From Limnothrix sp. BL-A-16 (GTDB lineage Bacteria; Cyanobacteriota; Cyanobacteriia; CACIAM-69d), in NCBI GenBank assembly GCA_041937175.2, contig CP166615.1, forward strand, positions 1,952,001 through 2,016,000: a stretch of 64,000 bases of DNA. The letters run 5' to 3'. Below, in pieces: positions 52,158 through 63,100 of this stretch (position 1 is the first letter of the stretch; the number at the start of each line of letters is the position of its first letter). A program made the translations under genes and the position numbers. The notes below the pieces were generated by a model that was not told where the DNA came from, searched no databases, and saw only the letters and a program-made list of their open reading frames with translations.

Positions 52158-52985
52158 CTAGCGTCCTGCCAAGCGGGCCAACGCAGCAATTCGGGACTCC
52201 GTGGAAGGATGGGTGGAAAACAAGTTGCGCAACCAGTCTTTGGCGCTGGGGTTAATGATCAGCAAGGGCGAAAAGGCGGGATTGCCCTCCAAACGGGTGG
52301 CATCAGCCATCGTTTCCAAGCGCTTCAGGGCCCGAGCCAAGGCCATCGGATCGCCCGTTAACTCTGCGGCTCCTGCATCGGCCGAGAACTCCCGCGTTCG
52401 GGAAATGCCCAGTTGAATCACCGTGGCAGCGATCGGGGCCAAAAGCATGGCCAACAACCCTGCAAACGGATTGCCCCGATCGCGATCGCCTCCAAACCAC
52501 ATGGCCGCCTGAGCCAAGTAAGAAATTGCGCCCGCAATGGTGGCCGCCACCGCTTGGGTCAGGGTGTCGCGGTTGCGGATATGGCTGAGTTCGTGGGCAA
52601 TCACCGCCGCCAACTCATCTTCCGGCAAAATTTCCAGAATCCCTTCCGTCACAGCCACCGCCGCATGGTGGGGGTCACGACCGGTGGCAAAGGCATTGGC
52701 CATCGGGCTGGGGATGATGTGCAGGGTGGGCACAGGCATTCCCGCGCGATCGCACAGCCGCTCCAACATGGCGTAAAGGTGGGGCGCTTGCGATCGATTC
52801 ACGGGCTGGGCCCCATAGGCCGCCAGAGCGATTTTGTCCGAATAGAACCAGGATCCCAGGTTCATCACCGCCGCCAAAACCAGCCCCAGGAAGGCCCCGC
52901 GCGCACCTCCAAACAAAAGACCGCTGGCAAAAATCAGCAGGCCGCTCATGCTGGCGAGCAAAACCGTGGTTTTTAGTTGATTCAT
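52158..52985 (-). CDS. htpX: Zinc metalloprotease HtpX (M48)
   Basis: 'NAFATGR', 'AHELSH' (HEXXH), 'SRTRE..AD' and 'STHP'. Confidence 0.95.
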   Translation of the reverse strand: MNQLKTTVLLASMSGLLIFASGLLFGGARGAFLGLVLAAVMNLGSWFYSDKIALAAYGAQPVNRSQAPHLYAMLERLCDRAGMPVPTLHIIPSPMANAFATGRDPHHAAVAVTEGILEILPEDELAAVIAHELSHIRNRDTLTQAVAATIAGAISYLAQAAMWFGGDRDRGNPFAGLLAMLLAPIAATVIQLGISRTREFSADAGAAELTGDPMALARALKRLETMADATRLEGNPAFSPLLIINPSAKDWLRNLFSTHPSTESRIAALARLAGR

Positions 52986-53181
52986 AGCACCAAACCGAAA
53001 GAAGAAATCGGCATCGGTGTTTGGAGTTTGGAAATCCGAAGACCGGCCGTTGCTTCAATTCTAGGAAGGATTTGGGGATGCGCACGCGGTGGGAATTGCC
53101 CCGCTGGAGGGTGGTTTTCCGCCATTTCCCCGATCGCCCTTAATGGTTGGCATCAGATTCCAGGGACTCTGATCCCACTGC

Positions 53182-53256
53182 CTATCGCCAAATGGTAGGA
53201 ACAAGGGGCTTAAGCTATCGCCAGATGGTAGGGACAAGGGGCTTAAGCCCCTTGTC
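53182..53256. repeat. 33-bp tandem duplication ending in the palindrome repeat
   Basis: CTATCGCCARATGGTAGGRACAAGGGGCTTAAG occurs twice, followed by CCCCTTGTC. Confidence 0.85.
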
Positions 53257-53348
53257 TGGGGCTGTTAGGCTCAGAGAATCAACCGCTCCAACCCTGGTCA
53301 CTCACATTGGTTGACAAGCCTCCAGAGTCCTAGGGGCTAAATCACGGT

Positions 53349-56132
53349 TCAGGAAGCCTTGCGGCGAGTGCTACTCGATCGGGTCGATCGGGTGGTTTCG
53401 CCTTCCGGGGCCTTGTCCTCAGTGGTTTTGGCTTTGCGGGTGCGAGTGGTTTTGGGAGCTGTTTCTGAGGCTGCTTCTGTGTCTGCGGTTTTGGCCTTGG
53501 TGGTCTTGCTGGTGGTTTTACCCGTGGTCTTGCTAGCGGTTTTTGTGGTCTTGCCAGTGGTCTTACGGGCGGTCTTTTTCTTGCTGCCCGCTTTGGCCGC
53601 CAATAATTCCAGTGCTTCCGGCAGGGTCAGGCTCTCGACGGTTTGCCCTTCTGCCAATCCCGCATTCACCTTGCCGTGTTGAACGTAGATGCCATAGGGC
53701 CCCTGATACAAGTTCACCGGTTCGTTGTCGTCCGGGTGAGGGCCCAACTCGCGAAGCGGGGTTTTCTGTTTGCGGCTGCGGCTGGCCTTGGGTTGGGCCA
53801 ACAGCTCCAGGGCCCGTTCCAGGGTGATGGTGGTGACATCATCATCGGCCTTGAGCGATCGATAGTCTTGGCCCCCGTCCTTGCCCATGTCGTGAACAAT
53901 GTAGGGGCCAAAGCGCCCAAGACTGGCTTTGATGGGGCGGCCGGTTTCCGGGTGTTGCCCCAACAGGCGCGGCAAAGACAACAGCCCCAAGGCCAGCTCA
54001 AGGGTCAGGTTTTCGGGGGTCACGCCTCGGGGCAAGGAGGTGCGTTTGGGTTTGGGATTTTCGTCAGTCACTTCGCCCAACTGCACGTAGGGGCCATAGG
54101 CTCCCGTCAGCACGTAAATGGATTCGCCGGTTTCGGGATGGTTGCCGATCGAGGCGGGGCCTTCGGTCTTTTGGCGAATCAGGGCGGCAATTTGCTCCGC
54201 GTCTAGATCGGCTGGAGTCAAGTCCTTGGGCAGGGAGGCTTTGATGGTTGCGCCCTGGTCGTCCACGACTTCCACATAGGCTCCGTAGCGCCCGATCCGA
54301 ATATCGGCGTTCAAATCTTCCAAAACGATCGTGCGGGCTTCGGCCGGGTCGATCGCGCTTTCGCGCACCTTCACCTGCGTATCCAGCCCCCCATCGCCCA
54401 GATAGAACTGACGCAGATAGGGCAACCAAGAGGTTTTGCCCGTGGAAATTTCGTCCAGGGTGCGTTCCATTTGGGCTGTGAACCCAAAGTCCACCAGGTC
54501 AGGAAAATGATTTTCCAGAAGACCCGTAACCGCAAAGGCCGTGAAGGTGGGAACCAAGGCATTACCAAGCTGTTGAGCATAGCCCCGATCGACGATCGTG
54601 CCGATGATGCTGGCGTAGGTGCTGGGGCGGCCGATGCCTTCGTTTTCCAGCATTTTCACCAAGGCTGCTTCCGTGTAGCGGGCGGGGGGTTGGGTGTCGT
54701 GGCGCAGGGCTTCCAGGTCTTGGCAATTGACCCGATCGCCCTTGGTCAGCGGCGGCAACAACACTTCCCGATCCTCGATCGCCGCATCGGGATCATCTGA
54801 CCCTTCCACATAGGCTCGGAAAAAGCCCGGGAAATCAATTCGCTTACCGCTGGCCCGAAACTCAGCGTTTTCCACCCGAATTTGGGCCGAAACGAAAGTT
54901 TGGCGCGCATCGGCCATTTGGCAGGCCACCGTCCGTTTCCAAATCAAATCGTATAGTTGCAGTTCCCGTCCGCTGAGGCCCGTTTGTTGCGGTGTGCGGA
55001 ACGTGCTGCCGGCCGGGCGGATTGCTTCGTGGGCTTCTTGGGCCCCCTTGGCCTTGGTGGCATATTGACGCGGTTGGGGACTCAGGTAATTTGCGCCGTA
55101 GAGTTCCGTCACGCAAGCACGGGCCGCCTCGATCGCCTGTTGAGACAGGTGTACCGAGTCGGTTCGCATATAGGTGATGTAGCCCTGCTCGTAGAGACTT
55201 TGGGCCGTGCGCATGGTGTCCCGGGCCGAGAGCCGCAGCTTGCGGTTCGCCTCCTGTTGCAGGGTGGAGGTGGTGAAGGGAGGCGAGGGCTTGCGGGTGT
55301 TGGGTCGCTCCTCAATGTCCACCACCGTCCAATCGCCCGATCGCAGGCGATCGCGCAGGGTTTGGGCCTGCTCTTCATTGAGCAAAACAACCTTTTTACC
55401 CGCCGCGATTTGCCCGGTGGCTTCGTCAAAATCCGCCCCCGTGGCCAATTTTTTGCCATCCAGGGCCACCAACTTGGCTTCAAAGGGGCGATCGTCCAAG
55501 CTGGTCAGCGCCGCCTTCAAGTCCCAATAGGTTCCGGTTTTGAACGCCCGCCGGGCCCGTTCCCGAATCACCAACATCCGCACGGCCACGGACTGCACCC
55601 GCCCTGCCGACAGCCCCGCCGCGATTTTTTTCCACAGCAAAGGCGACAGGGTGTAGCCCACCAAGCGATCGAGAATGCGGCGGGTTTCTTGGGCATGAAC
55701 GAGGTTATCGTTCACCTGGCGACAGTTTTGAATGGCCGATCGAATCGCTTCTTCCGTAATTTCATGGAAGACCATTCGTTTCACGGGCACTTTCGGTTTC
55801 AAAACCTGCAATAAATGCCAGCTAATGCTTTCCCCTTCCCGGTCTTCGTCAGTGGCCAGAACCAATTCATCGGCCAGCTTCAAAGAGTCTTGTAACTCTT
55901 TAACGACCTTTTTTTTGTCCTTGGGAATGACGTAGAGGGGTTCAAAGTTCTTTTCAATGTTGACCCCTAATTGGGCCCACTGTTCGCCCTTAACCGCCGC
56001 CGGAATCTCACTTGCCGATTGGGGCAAGTCGCGAATATGACCCATCGAAGCCGTTACCTGATAGCCAGACGGCAGAAAGTTGCGGATGGTTTTCGCTTTG
56101 GTCGGGGACTCGACAATAACAAGGGTTGTCAT
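53349..56132 (-). CDS. topA: DNA topoisomerase I
   Basis: '[10 protein letters not shown]', '[10 protein letters not shown]', 'SAGRVQS', 'ITYMRTD', Toprim_C repeats 'GRYG.YV' and a K/T-rich tail. Confidence 0.98.
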   Translation of the reverse strand: MTTLVIVESPTKAKTIRNFLPSGYQVTASMGHIRDLPQSASEIPAAVKGEQWAQLGVNIEKNFEPLYVIPKDKKKVVKELQDSLKLADELVLATDEDREGESISWHLLQVLKPKVPVKRMVFHEITEEAIRSAIQNCRQVNDNLVHAQETRRILDRLVGYTLSPLLWKKIAAGLSAGRVQSVAVRMLVIRERARRAFKTGTYWDLKAALTSLDDRPFEAKLVALDGKKLATGADFDEATGQIAAGKKVVLLNEEQAQTLRDRLRSGDWTVVDIEERPNTRKPSPPFTTSTLQQEANRKLRLSARDTMRTAQSLYEQGYITYMRTDSVHLSQQAIEAARACVTELYGANYLSPQPRQYATKAKGAQEAHEAIRPAGSTFRTPQQTGLSGRELQLYDLIWKRTVACQMADARQTFVSAQIRVENAEFRASGKRIDFPGFFRAYVEGSDDPDAAIEDREVLLPPLTKGDRVNCQDLEALRHDTQPPARYTEAALVKMLENEGIGRPSTYASIIGTIVDRGYAQQLGNALVPTFTAFAVTGLLENHFPDLVDFGFTAQMERTLDEISTGKTSWLPYLRQFYLGDGGLDTQVKVRESAIDPAEARTIVLEDLNADIRIGRYGAYVEVVDDQGATIKASLPKDLTPADLDAEQIAALIRQKTEGPASIGNHPETGESIYVLTGAYGPYVQLGEVTDENPKPKRTSLPRGVTPENLTLELALGLLSLPRLLGQHPETGRPIKASLGRFGPYIVHDMGKDGGQDYRSLKADDDVTTITLERALELLAQPKASRSRKQKTPLRELGPHPDDNEPVNLYQGPYGIYVQHGKVNAGLAEGQTVESLTLPEALELLAAKAGSKKKTARKTTGKTTKTASKTTGKTTSKTTKAKTADTEAASETAPKTTRTRKAKTTEDKAPEGETTRSTRSSSTRRKAS

Positions 56133-56600
56133 GGATGGCGGAGGGCTGACCCGGTATTCCTAATATATAGATAGATCGAAACTTGGATAGATGACAGCGC
56201 GATCGCGGTCACAGGCTGAGGCGGACGACGCGATCGGGGCAAAACGGACGATCGAAGTGGCTGCAAAGACTAGCCGTAAAGACTAATTGGACAGAGTGGA
56301 AGAAATTTCGGGAAATGTCAAGTCGCGATCGCTTCGGTGACAAGATTGGCCCGCTTGGATGCATGGTCGCGGCCATTGACCCGGCTTTTTGCCCACAGGC
56401 GGCCGTTTGCTCACGATCGACTGTGGATCCTCTTCGGCCCAGGCCACAACACTAACCCTGAATCCCTGAATGGTCGTCGCCATCATAGAATGGATCCCTT
56501 GGACTTCAGCATTTCAGCAAATTGGGTGGGATTGCCTTGCCGTTTGCTTCCCACTCAATTGCGCTCAATTTTCATCACGATCCAAGGGAGAACACCCACC

Positions 56601-57344
56601 GTGACATCCTTAGCTGCCCCCGCCATTGACCTTAACAGTTTGGCTCAGGAATTAGAGAATGAAAGCCCCCAAAAAATTCTCGATCGGGCCCTGAGTTTGT
56701 ATGACAATATGGCCATTTCCTTCAGCGGCGCTGAGGATGTGGTTTTGATTGATATGGCCCATCGATTGGGCAAGCCCTTTAAGGTGTTTACCCTGGACAC
56801 GGGGCGGTTACATGCGGAAACCTATCAACTGCTCGATCGCGTTCGTCAACGCTACAACATCTCGATCGATGTGATGTTTCCCGATGCGGCGGCCGTGGAA
56901 GCATTGGTGAACGCCAAGGGGCTATTTAGCTTCTATGAAGATGGCCATAAAGAGTGCTGTGGCATCCGTAAGGTTGCCCCCCTGCGCCGTAAATTAGCCA
57001 CCTTGGATGCTTGGATTACGGGGCAACGGAAAGATCAAAATCCCGCCACTCGGGATAGTGTCCCGATCGTGCAAGTGGATGGTGGATTTTCCACACCCGA
57101 CCATCAATTGGTGAAATTTAATCCGCTGGCTAATTGGTCTTCCAGCGATGTTTGGATGTACATTCGCGCCTATGAAGTGCCCTATAACGCACTTCATGAA
57201 AAGGGCTTTATCAGCATTGGCTGTGAACCTTGCACCCGGCCCGTATTACCCAACCAACATGAGCGGGAAGGTCGCTGGTGGTGGGAAGACGCGGGCAAAA
57301 AAGAATGCGGTCTCCATGCTGTGAACTTGAACGAGCAAAAGTAG
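56601..57344 (+). CDS. cysH: CysH-family reductase with APS-reductase Fe-S signature
   Basis: 'SFSGAED', 'LDTG', '[11 protein letters not shown]', 'SIGCEPCT' and 'ECGLH'. GTG start at 56601. Confidence 0.93.
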   Translation: MTSLAAPAIDLNSLAQELENESPQKILDRALSLYDNMAISFSGAEDVVLIDMAHRLGKPFKVFTLDTGRLHAETYQLLDRVRQRYNISIDVMFPDAAAVEALVNAKGLFSFYEDGHKECCGIRKVAPLRRKLATLDAWITGQRKDQNPATRDSVPIVQVDGGFSTPDHQLVKFNPLANWSSSDVWMYIRAYEVPYNALHEKGFISIGCEPCTRPVLPNQHEREGRWWWEDAGKKECGLHAVNLNEQK

Positions 57345-57393
57345 GCTAGTAGCTCCAGCGATCAGTACAGCCAAAACGGATGCAACCCTAACA

Positions 57394-57435
57394 GACAAGG
57401 GGCTTAAGCCCCTTGTTCCATAGCTTAAGCCCCTG
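57394..57435. repeat. Palindrome repeat plus a duplicated half
   Basis: GACAAGGGGCTTAAGCCCCTTGT followed by GCTTAAGCCCCTG, between the convergent cysH and ABC1 genes. Confidence 0.85.
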
Positions 57436-57563
57436 ATCCCATCAGTTAAGTTTGTGTTGGTTCGTGTTAGCTGGCCGCTATTGGTTCCGGTTAATTCCGG
57501 TTAGTTGACCGTTATTCGTATTGGTTGATGATTGGTTGAAGTTAGTTGACCACGGGTTGCAGG

Positions 57564-59333
57564 CTAACTTTTAAAAGCAGCAGCCGGTGCGCCCCAAGTG
57601 GGCAACAATTGAGCAGCCCGATCGCGCGAGAATTCAGCGATCGCATCCCAAGCCGTATCCAACGCCACTTGCATCAGGCGGCTGGGTTCCAAGTCATCCT
57701 TCACCAAATCCCACAGGCGCTGCAATTCAGCCCCATGGAGGCGATCGTCTTCCACCAGGGCCAGCAACAACCGTTGGCGCAGCAATTGCCCCTCTTCTGA
57801 CATCAAATAGCGCAATCCCAAACCAGCGGTGGGAACCAGGTCAAACCCGGAATCTGAACGGGCGATCGCCAGCATATTTTCCAGGCGCGTCCATTGAAAT
57901 TTGCCATCTTCAAACAGCACTTCAATCAGACGGCGACGCAGTTGGGGCGATTCCCCCATCAACAACCGTCGCGCCACATAGGGATAGGCAATTTCCAGAA
58001 TCTTGAACTGAGGATTCAGACTCAGGGCCAAGCCCTCTTGGGTGACGAGCGATCGAATAATCAACGCAAATTTGGCCGGCACTCGGAACGGATAGTCATA
58101 CATCAATTCCGAGAATCGATCGGTGACGGTTTTGAAGTTGAAGCTGCCCACATTCCGCCCGATCGCCTCGCCCAAAACCGACTCCAGCGCCGGAATGATC
58201 GGACGAATATTCGTATTCGGAGCCAGGAAGCCGAGGCGCACAAAATCCCCCGCCAATTCCTCATACTTCCGGTTCAACAAATGCACCACCGAATCCACGA
58301 TCGTTTCCTTGGTGGATTCGTTTAACTGATCCATCATCCCAAAATCAATGTAAGCCATTCGACCATCGCGCATGGCAAACAGATTTCCCGGGTGGGGATC
58401 CGCATGGAAAAAGCCAAATTCTAGGAGCTGTCGCAGGCCAGACGTGACCCCAATTCCGATCAAAGAATCCCGATCGAGGCCCGCTTCCCGCACCGAGTCC
58501 GTGTTGGTCAGTTTTAAGCCATCAATCCATTCCAACGTCAGCACCCGATGGCTGCTGTAGTCCCAGTAGATCACTGGCACTTTGACCGTGGGATCGTCAC
58601 GGAAATTTTCACCAAATCGCTCGGCGTTGCGTCCTTCGTTTTGGTAATCAATTTCTTCAAACAGTTTGCTGCCAAACTCATCCACAATCAGGGTCAAATC
58701 ATGGCCCAAATTGAGCGGCAACCAAGGAGCGGCCCAACTGGCACACCAGCGAATTAAATACAAATCAAGGGTCAAGGTTGGCAGCAGATTCGGCCGCTGC
58801 ACTTTCACGGCCACGTCCTCGCCGCTGTAGAGCTTGGCGCGGTAGACCTGTCCCAAGCTGGCCGCCGCGATCGGTTCGGGGGAAATTTCGCGGAAGATGT
58901 CCCGCAAGGGGCGATCCAAGTCCGCTTCAATGATGCTGAAAGCCAGTTCCGTCGAAAACGGCGGGAGCTGATCCTGAAGTTTTTCGAGTTCCGCCAAATA
59001 ATCCACCCGCACCAGATCGGGCCGAGTGGACAGGGCTTGCCCAACTTTGATGAAGGTGGGGCCCAGGTGGATCAAAATCTGACGCAGTTGCTCGGCTCGC
59101 TGACCCAATTGGTCATCCCGCTCGCCCCATAATTGATCGCCTAACCAGCCAAACACGAATGCAGCACTGAACCAAGCAATTTGCAACAGCCGCAAGATGC
59201 CAATCCAAGGTCGCCGGCCGTAAAATTGGGCAACTTCCTTGGGATCGTAGCGACGGGCGCGATTGCTGGTTGTGCCAGCGCGCAAATCTTCCAAAAGAAC
59301 CGAAGTGGCGTTCACGCTAGCAGCCTCAACCAA
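57564..59333 (-). CDS. AarF/ABC1/UbiB family atypical kinase
   Basis: 'LGPTFIKVGQALSTRPD', 'AAASLGQVY', 'VAVKVQRP', 'FFHADPHPGN' and 'IDFGM'. Confidence 0.96.
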   Translation of the reverse strand: MVEAASVNATSVLLEDLRAGTTSNRARRYDPKEVAQFYGRRPWIGILRLLQIAWFSAAFVFGWLGDQLWGERDDQLGQRAEQLRQILIHLGPTFIKVGQALSTRPDLVRVDYLAELEKLQDQLPPFSTELAFSIIEADLDRPLRDIFREISPEPIAAASLGQVYRAKLYSGEDVAVKVQRPNLLPTLTLDLYLIRWCASWAAPWLPLNLGHDLTLIVDEFGSKLFEEIDYQNEGRNAERFGENFRDDPTVKVPVIYWDYSSHRVLTLEWIDGLKLTNTDSVREAGLDRDSLIGIGVTSGLRQLLEFGFFHADPHPGNLFAMRDGRMAYIDFGMMDQLNESTKETIVDSVVHLLNRKYEELAGDFVRLGFLAPNTNIRPIIPALESVLGEAIGRNVGSFNFKTVTDRFSELMYDYPFRVPAKFALIIRSLVTQEGLALSLNPQFKILEIAYPYVARRLLMGESPQLRRRLIEVLFEDGKFQWTRLENMLAIARSDSGFDLVPTAGLGLRYLMSEEGQLLRQRLLLALVEDDRLHGAELQRLWDLVKDDLEPSRLMQVALDTAWDAIAEFSRDRAAQLLPTWGAPAAAFKS

Positions 59334-59422
59334 CCTAAAGCCGGTATTTATTTTAGCTGTAGCACCCGTATAGGAAACTACAAAAATCGAAAAACAATCA
59401 AAGCTTTTCGTTACACCCAGCT

Positions 59423-59637
59423 TGGGGAGTCGTCAAATCGCCTGAAACCCTGATGCTGCCGTTGCCGGATCGTGGGGGGCAAGGGGCTTAGGGCCTGTCG
59501 TCATTTAGCCCAAGGCCCTAGAGCTGCCGTTGCCGGATCGTGGGGGGCAAGGGGCTTAGAGCCTGTCGTCATTTAGCCCAAGGCCCTAGAGCTGCCGTTA
59601 GCGGATCGTGGGGGGCAAGGGGCTTAAGCCCCTTGTC
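59423..59637 (+). repeat. Three tandem 68-bp MITE-end units terminating in the full palindrome
   Basis: Units at 59423-59490, 59491-59558 and 59559-59626. Each is an IR end plus body ending CAAGGGGCTTA, and the last continues AGCCCCTTGTC. Confidence 0.88.
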
Positions 59638-59901
59638 TTCATTGGTCGGTGAGAGAAAAAGGTAGAAAGGTAGAACAGTTTCGGCTTTTCAGGCATCCTC
59701 TTAGGAAGTTTAGATCGCCCGTGGAATTGGTGTTGCCATGGAGCGGCCCTGGGGATGATTACGACCGATCGCCCCCGATCGTTCCGAAAATGGGGTGTTT
59801 CAGCTCTTGCACCGCTGCCCGATCGAGGCTGATGAGCGAGCACTGGCAAACCAGCTCCCCATAGAAGTTCAAAAAATGTTCAAAAAATTTTGCCAAATGA
59901 C

Positions 59902-59930
59902 TTGAGCAATTGCGGTCACCATGCTAATCT
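59902..59930 (+). promoter_or_regulatory. Putative sigma70 promoter of tRNA-Val
   Basis: TTGAGC, a 17-bp spacer, then TAATCT with an extended -10 TG. Confidence 0.55.
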
Positions 59931-59963
59931 TTGATTCTGCAAAGGTGGAAACGCACTGAGCGC

Positions 59964-60035
<72 letters not shown>

Positions 60036-60051
60036 TCTAAGTAAGTTTGAC

Positions 60052-60080
60052 ATAGGCTCAGCAGGGCTTGATGAGCCTAT
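60052..60080. terminator. Hairpin downstream of tRNA-Val, possible terminator or processing stem
   Basis: 9-bp stem ATAGGCTCA/TGAGCCTAT with no clear U-tract. Confidence 0.45.
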
Positions 60081-60169
60081 CTGATCGAGACTATTAAGGG
60101 CAAATCATGCAGCTCCGGGCTGATCAGCCAAGTATTCGGTAACTTGGCCCACATCCAAGATTGAGTGAC

Positions 60170-63100
60170 TTATGGATTGGTCACCCCCTCCAAAGTCGCG
60201 TCGGTTTCGTCGTAGAGGGCTTGCAGTTGACTAACCACGGACTCATCGGCGGCCCAAAATCCACGGCCATTGGCTTCCAACAGACGACCAATAATGTTGC
60301 GGAAGGCTTCCGGATTGGCGCGGCGCAGGCGATCGGCCATGGCGCGATCGAGGGCGTAGGTTTCGGCGGCTCCGTCATAGACCCAGCGATCGGCAAAATC
60401 CGTCGTGCCGCTCCAACCCAACAGGGCCGTCATCCGTTGGGAAATTTCAAAGGCTCCGCCGGAACCCTGAGCGGCCATAGCTTCCGCCCACTTGGGATTC
60501 AGCAATTTAGTACGATATTCCAACCGCAAGAGGCTGTTTAAATCGCGGGGTTGGGTATTTTTGCCGAAACTTTCCACAAAACTTGCGGTGACGGGCCGCT
60601 GTTGCCGTTGTTCGGCGGCCCGCTTCAAGGCTCCGGTGTTGGCGTAATATTCCTGGATATCCGTCAGGCCATATTCCACGGAGTCGATTTCCTGAACAAT
60701 GCGCTCGGTGGTAGCCAAGAGCCGATCGAGCACTTCTGGGCGGGCTTGCCCCCGATCGCGCCGACCGTAGCTAAAGGCATTGCGCGATCGCCAGGTTTGG
60801 GCCAGCTCATCACCAGATTCCCAATTCCCATCATTGACGCGATCGTTCACCAAGGAACCAAAATCCCCCGCCGGGTTCGAGAAAAGCCGAGCGCTGGGAT
60901 TTTCCACCCCTTGGGCCTGAAGTTCCAGAGCATGTTTACGAATGAAGTTTTGTTCGATCGGTTCATCGGCCGCCGCCGCCCGTGCAAACAGATCATCCAA
61001 AAGCTCCAAAATATTGGCGAAACTGTCTCGAAAAATGCCCGATAAATTGGCCAACACATCAATGCGAGGACGGCCCAACTGAGCCAGGGGAATTAATTCA
61101 TAGCGCACAATTCGGCCCGTACCTTCCTTAATCGGTTCTGCGCCCACCAATTCCAACAAAATTCCCAAGGATTCACCCTTAGTTTTGATGGCATCTAAGC
61201 CCCAAAGCATCACGGCAATCGTTTCGGGATAGCTGTCCGGTTCCTGACCATGTTCCTGTTGGTGTTGGGCAATCAGTTGCCGGGCGATCGCCCGGCCCCG
61301 TTCATAGGCTCCTGGGGAGGGCATTCGGTAAGGATCAAGGGCGTGAATATTGCGGCCCGTGGGCAATGCGCCGGGCCCATCGCGCAACAGGTCTCCCCCC
61401 GGCGCGGGCGGAATATATTCCCCATTTAAGCCCCGCAATAGGTTAGTCAGTTCATCGGTATTTTGGTTCAGCAAATCTCGTAAACGAATCGCTTCTTGAA
61501 TCTGTTCTGAGACCTTGGGATCCAACTCAAACGATCGATTGGGATATTCCTGTTGGAACCAATATCGATAGGCATTTAAGGGGCGATCGAGGTCGGATCC
61601 TTGGGCGATCGCTTCCAAGACCGATCGGGGCAAATCCGCCTCAAAATAGGCTTCCAAATAGGACAACAGTTGCTCAGGATTGGGTGCAGTTCCCAACACA
61701 TGTAGCCCACTGGAAAAGAGGCGTTGTTCTAGTTCCTGAAGGTATTGATAGACCCTTGCAAAGTAGCGATCGAGCAAATCGGGGCCAAACAACTTCAGGG
61801 TTTCCGCACTCAGCTCCACCCCCAATTGTTGTGCTTCCGGCAGCGGACAATCCCGATCGAGTCCCGTATCCATTAACCGTTGGGCGATCGCATCCCGTAG
61901 GGCCGTATTCGCCTGCGGATCCTCGCGATATTCCGCAATTAAATCACGCAGATTCACCAATTCCTTATACAACCCCGCTCGCCCATAGGGAGGCACATTG
62001 TGGGAAACCAACACCCCATAGCCCCGGCGTTTTGCCAAAATGGACTCCGAAGGATTATTCGCCGCATAGATGTACAAATGGGGCAGATTTCCTAACAAAA
62101 TATCTGACCAGGAATAGCCCGTGTTGCCCAAGGGAGATCCCGGCAACCATTCCACAGTTCCATGCATTCCAAAATGGACGATCGCGTGGGGTTGCCAAAC
62201 CCGCTGCAACCATTGATAGAACGCAGCGTATTGGGGATGGGGGGTCAAGTCTCGCTCAAACATCAAGCGCATGGGATCACCTTGCAAACCCAAAGGCGGC
62301 TGCACCCCAATCCAAACATTCCCAAAGTAAACACCCCCAATGTGCAACTCATCCCCAAAGGTTTTAATACCCGATTCCGTGAGACCGCCCCATTGTTTTT
62401 GAATTCGAGAACTGCCGAGATATCCTAACCATTGATCAAGAATTTGAGCCGGAACCCAACCGTCGTTCAAGGGAGCTTGACTGGGTTGTGCTCGATGGGG
62501 ATGCCCCAAAGACCAACGATCGTCGGCGGCTTTCACCTGTTGAATAATTGTTTCGCCGTCGGTGGGCAATTCACCCACGTCATAGCCCTGAGCTTGCAAG
62601 GACTCCAGCAACTTCAGGAGCGATCGGGGAACATTCAACAGGGCCGCCGTTCCCGTTGCACCATACCCCGGCGGAAAGCCATACAAAATAATTGCTAACT
62701 TGCGATCGCGCGGTGGTGTTTTTCGCAGTTGAATCCAATTTTTGATGCGACTGGTTAATCGTTGAACACGCTCTGGAATCAGGTAAATGTCATCTCCAAC
62801 TAAGCCACCCAAGGGCACGGTGTCGATCGCGCCGTCCAACTCCGGCAGGGCATATAGCACCACGCTTTGGAGACCACCAATTCCTTGTCTTGTCCAGGAT
62901 TTTAGGTCTTGAATCAGCAAAGGTGCGGCAACTAAATAGGGCACATTTTTAGCTGCCAAAATTCGTTGGGCCACCGCCACCTGTCGCCCCGCTTCCATGG
63001 AACCAGCGGGGCCGCCCACCAGTGGAAACCCAATCGTGGAAACAATTGCATCCACCAACACCGCATCCGCCGCCAGGGACTTTAATTCCCGATCGCCCTG

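Noticed and set aside
59423..59637. Possible CRISPR mini-array near the tRNA
   Set aside because: The units are near-identical along their whole length with no unique spacers, and there are no cas genes. It is better explained as MITE-end units.
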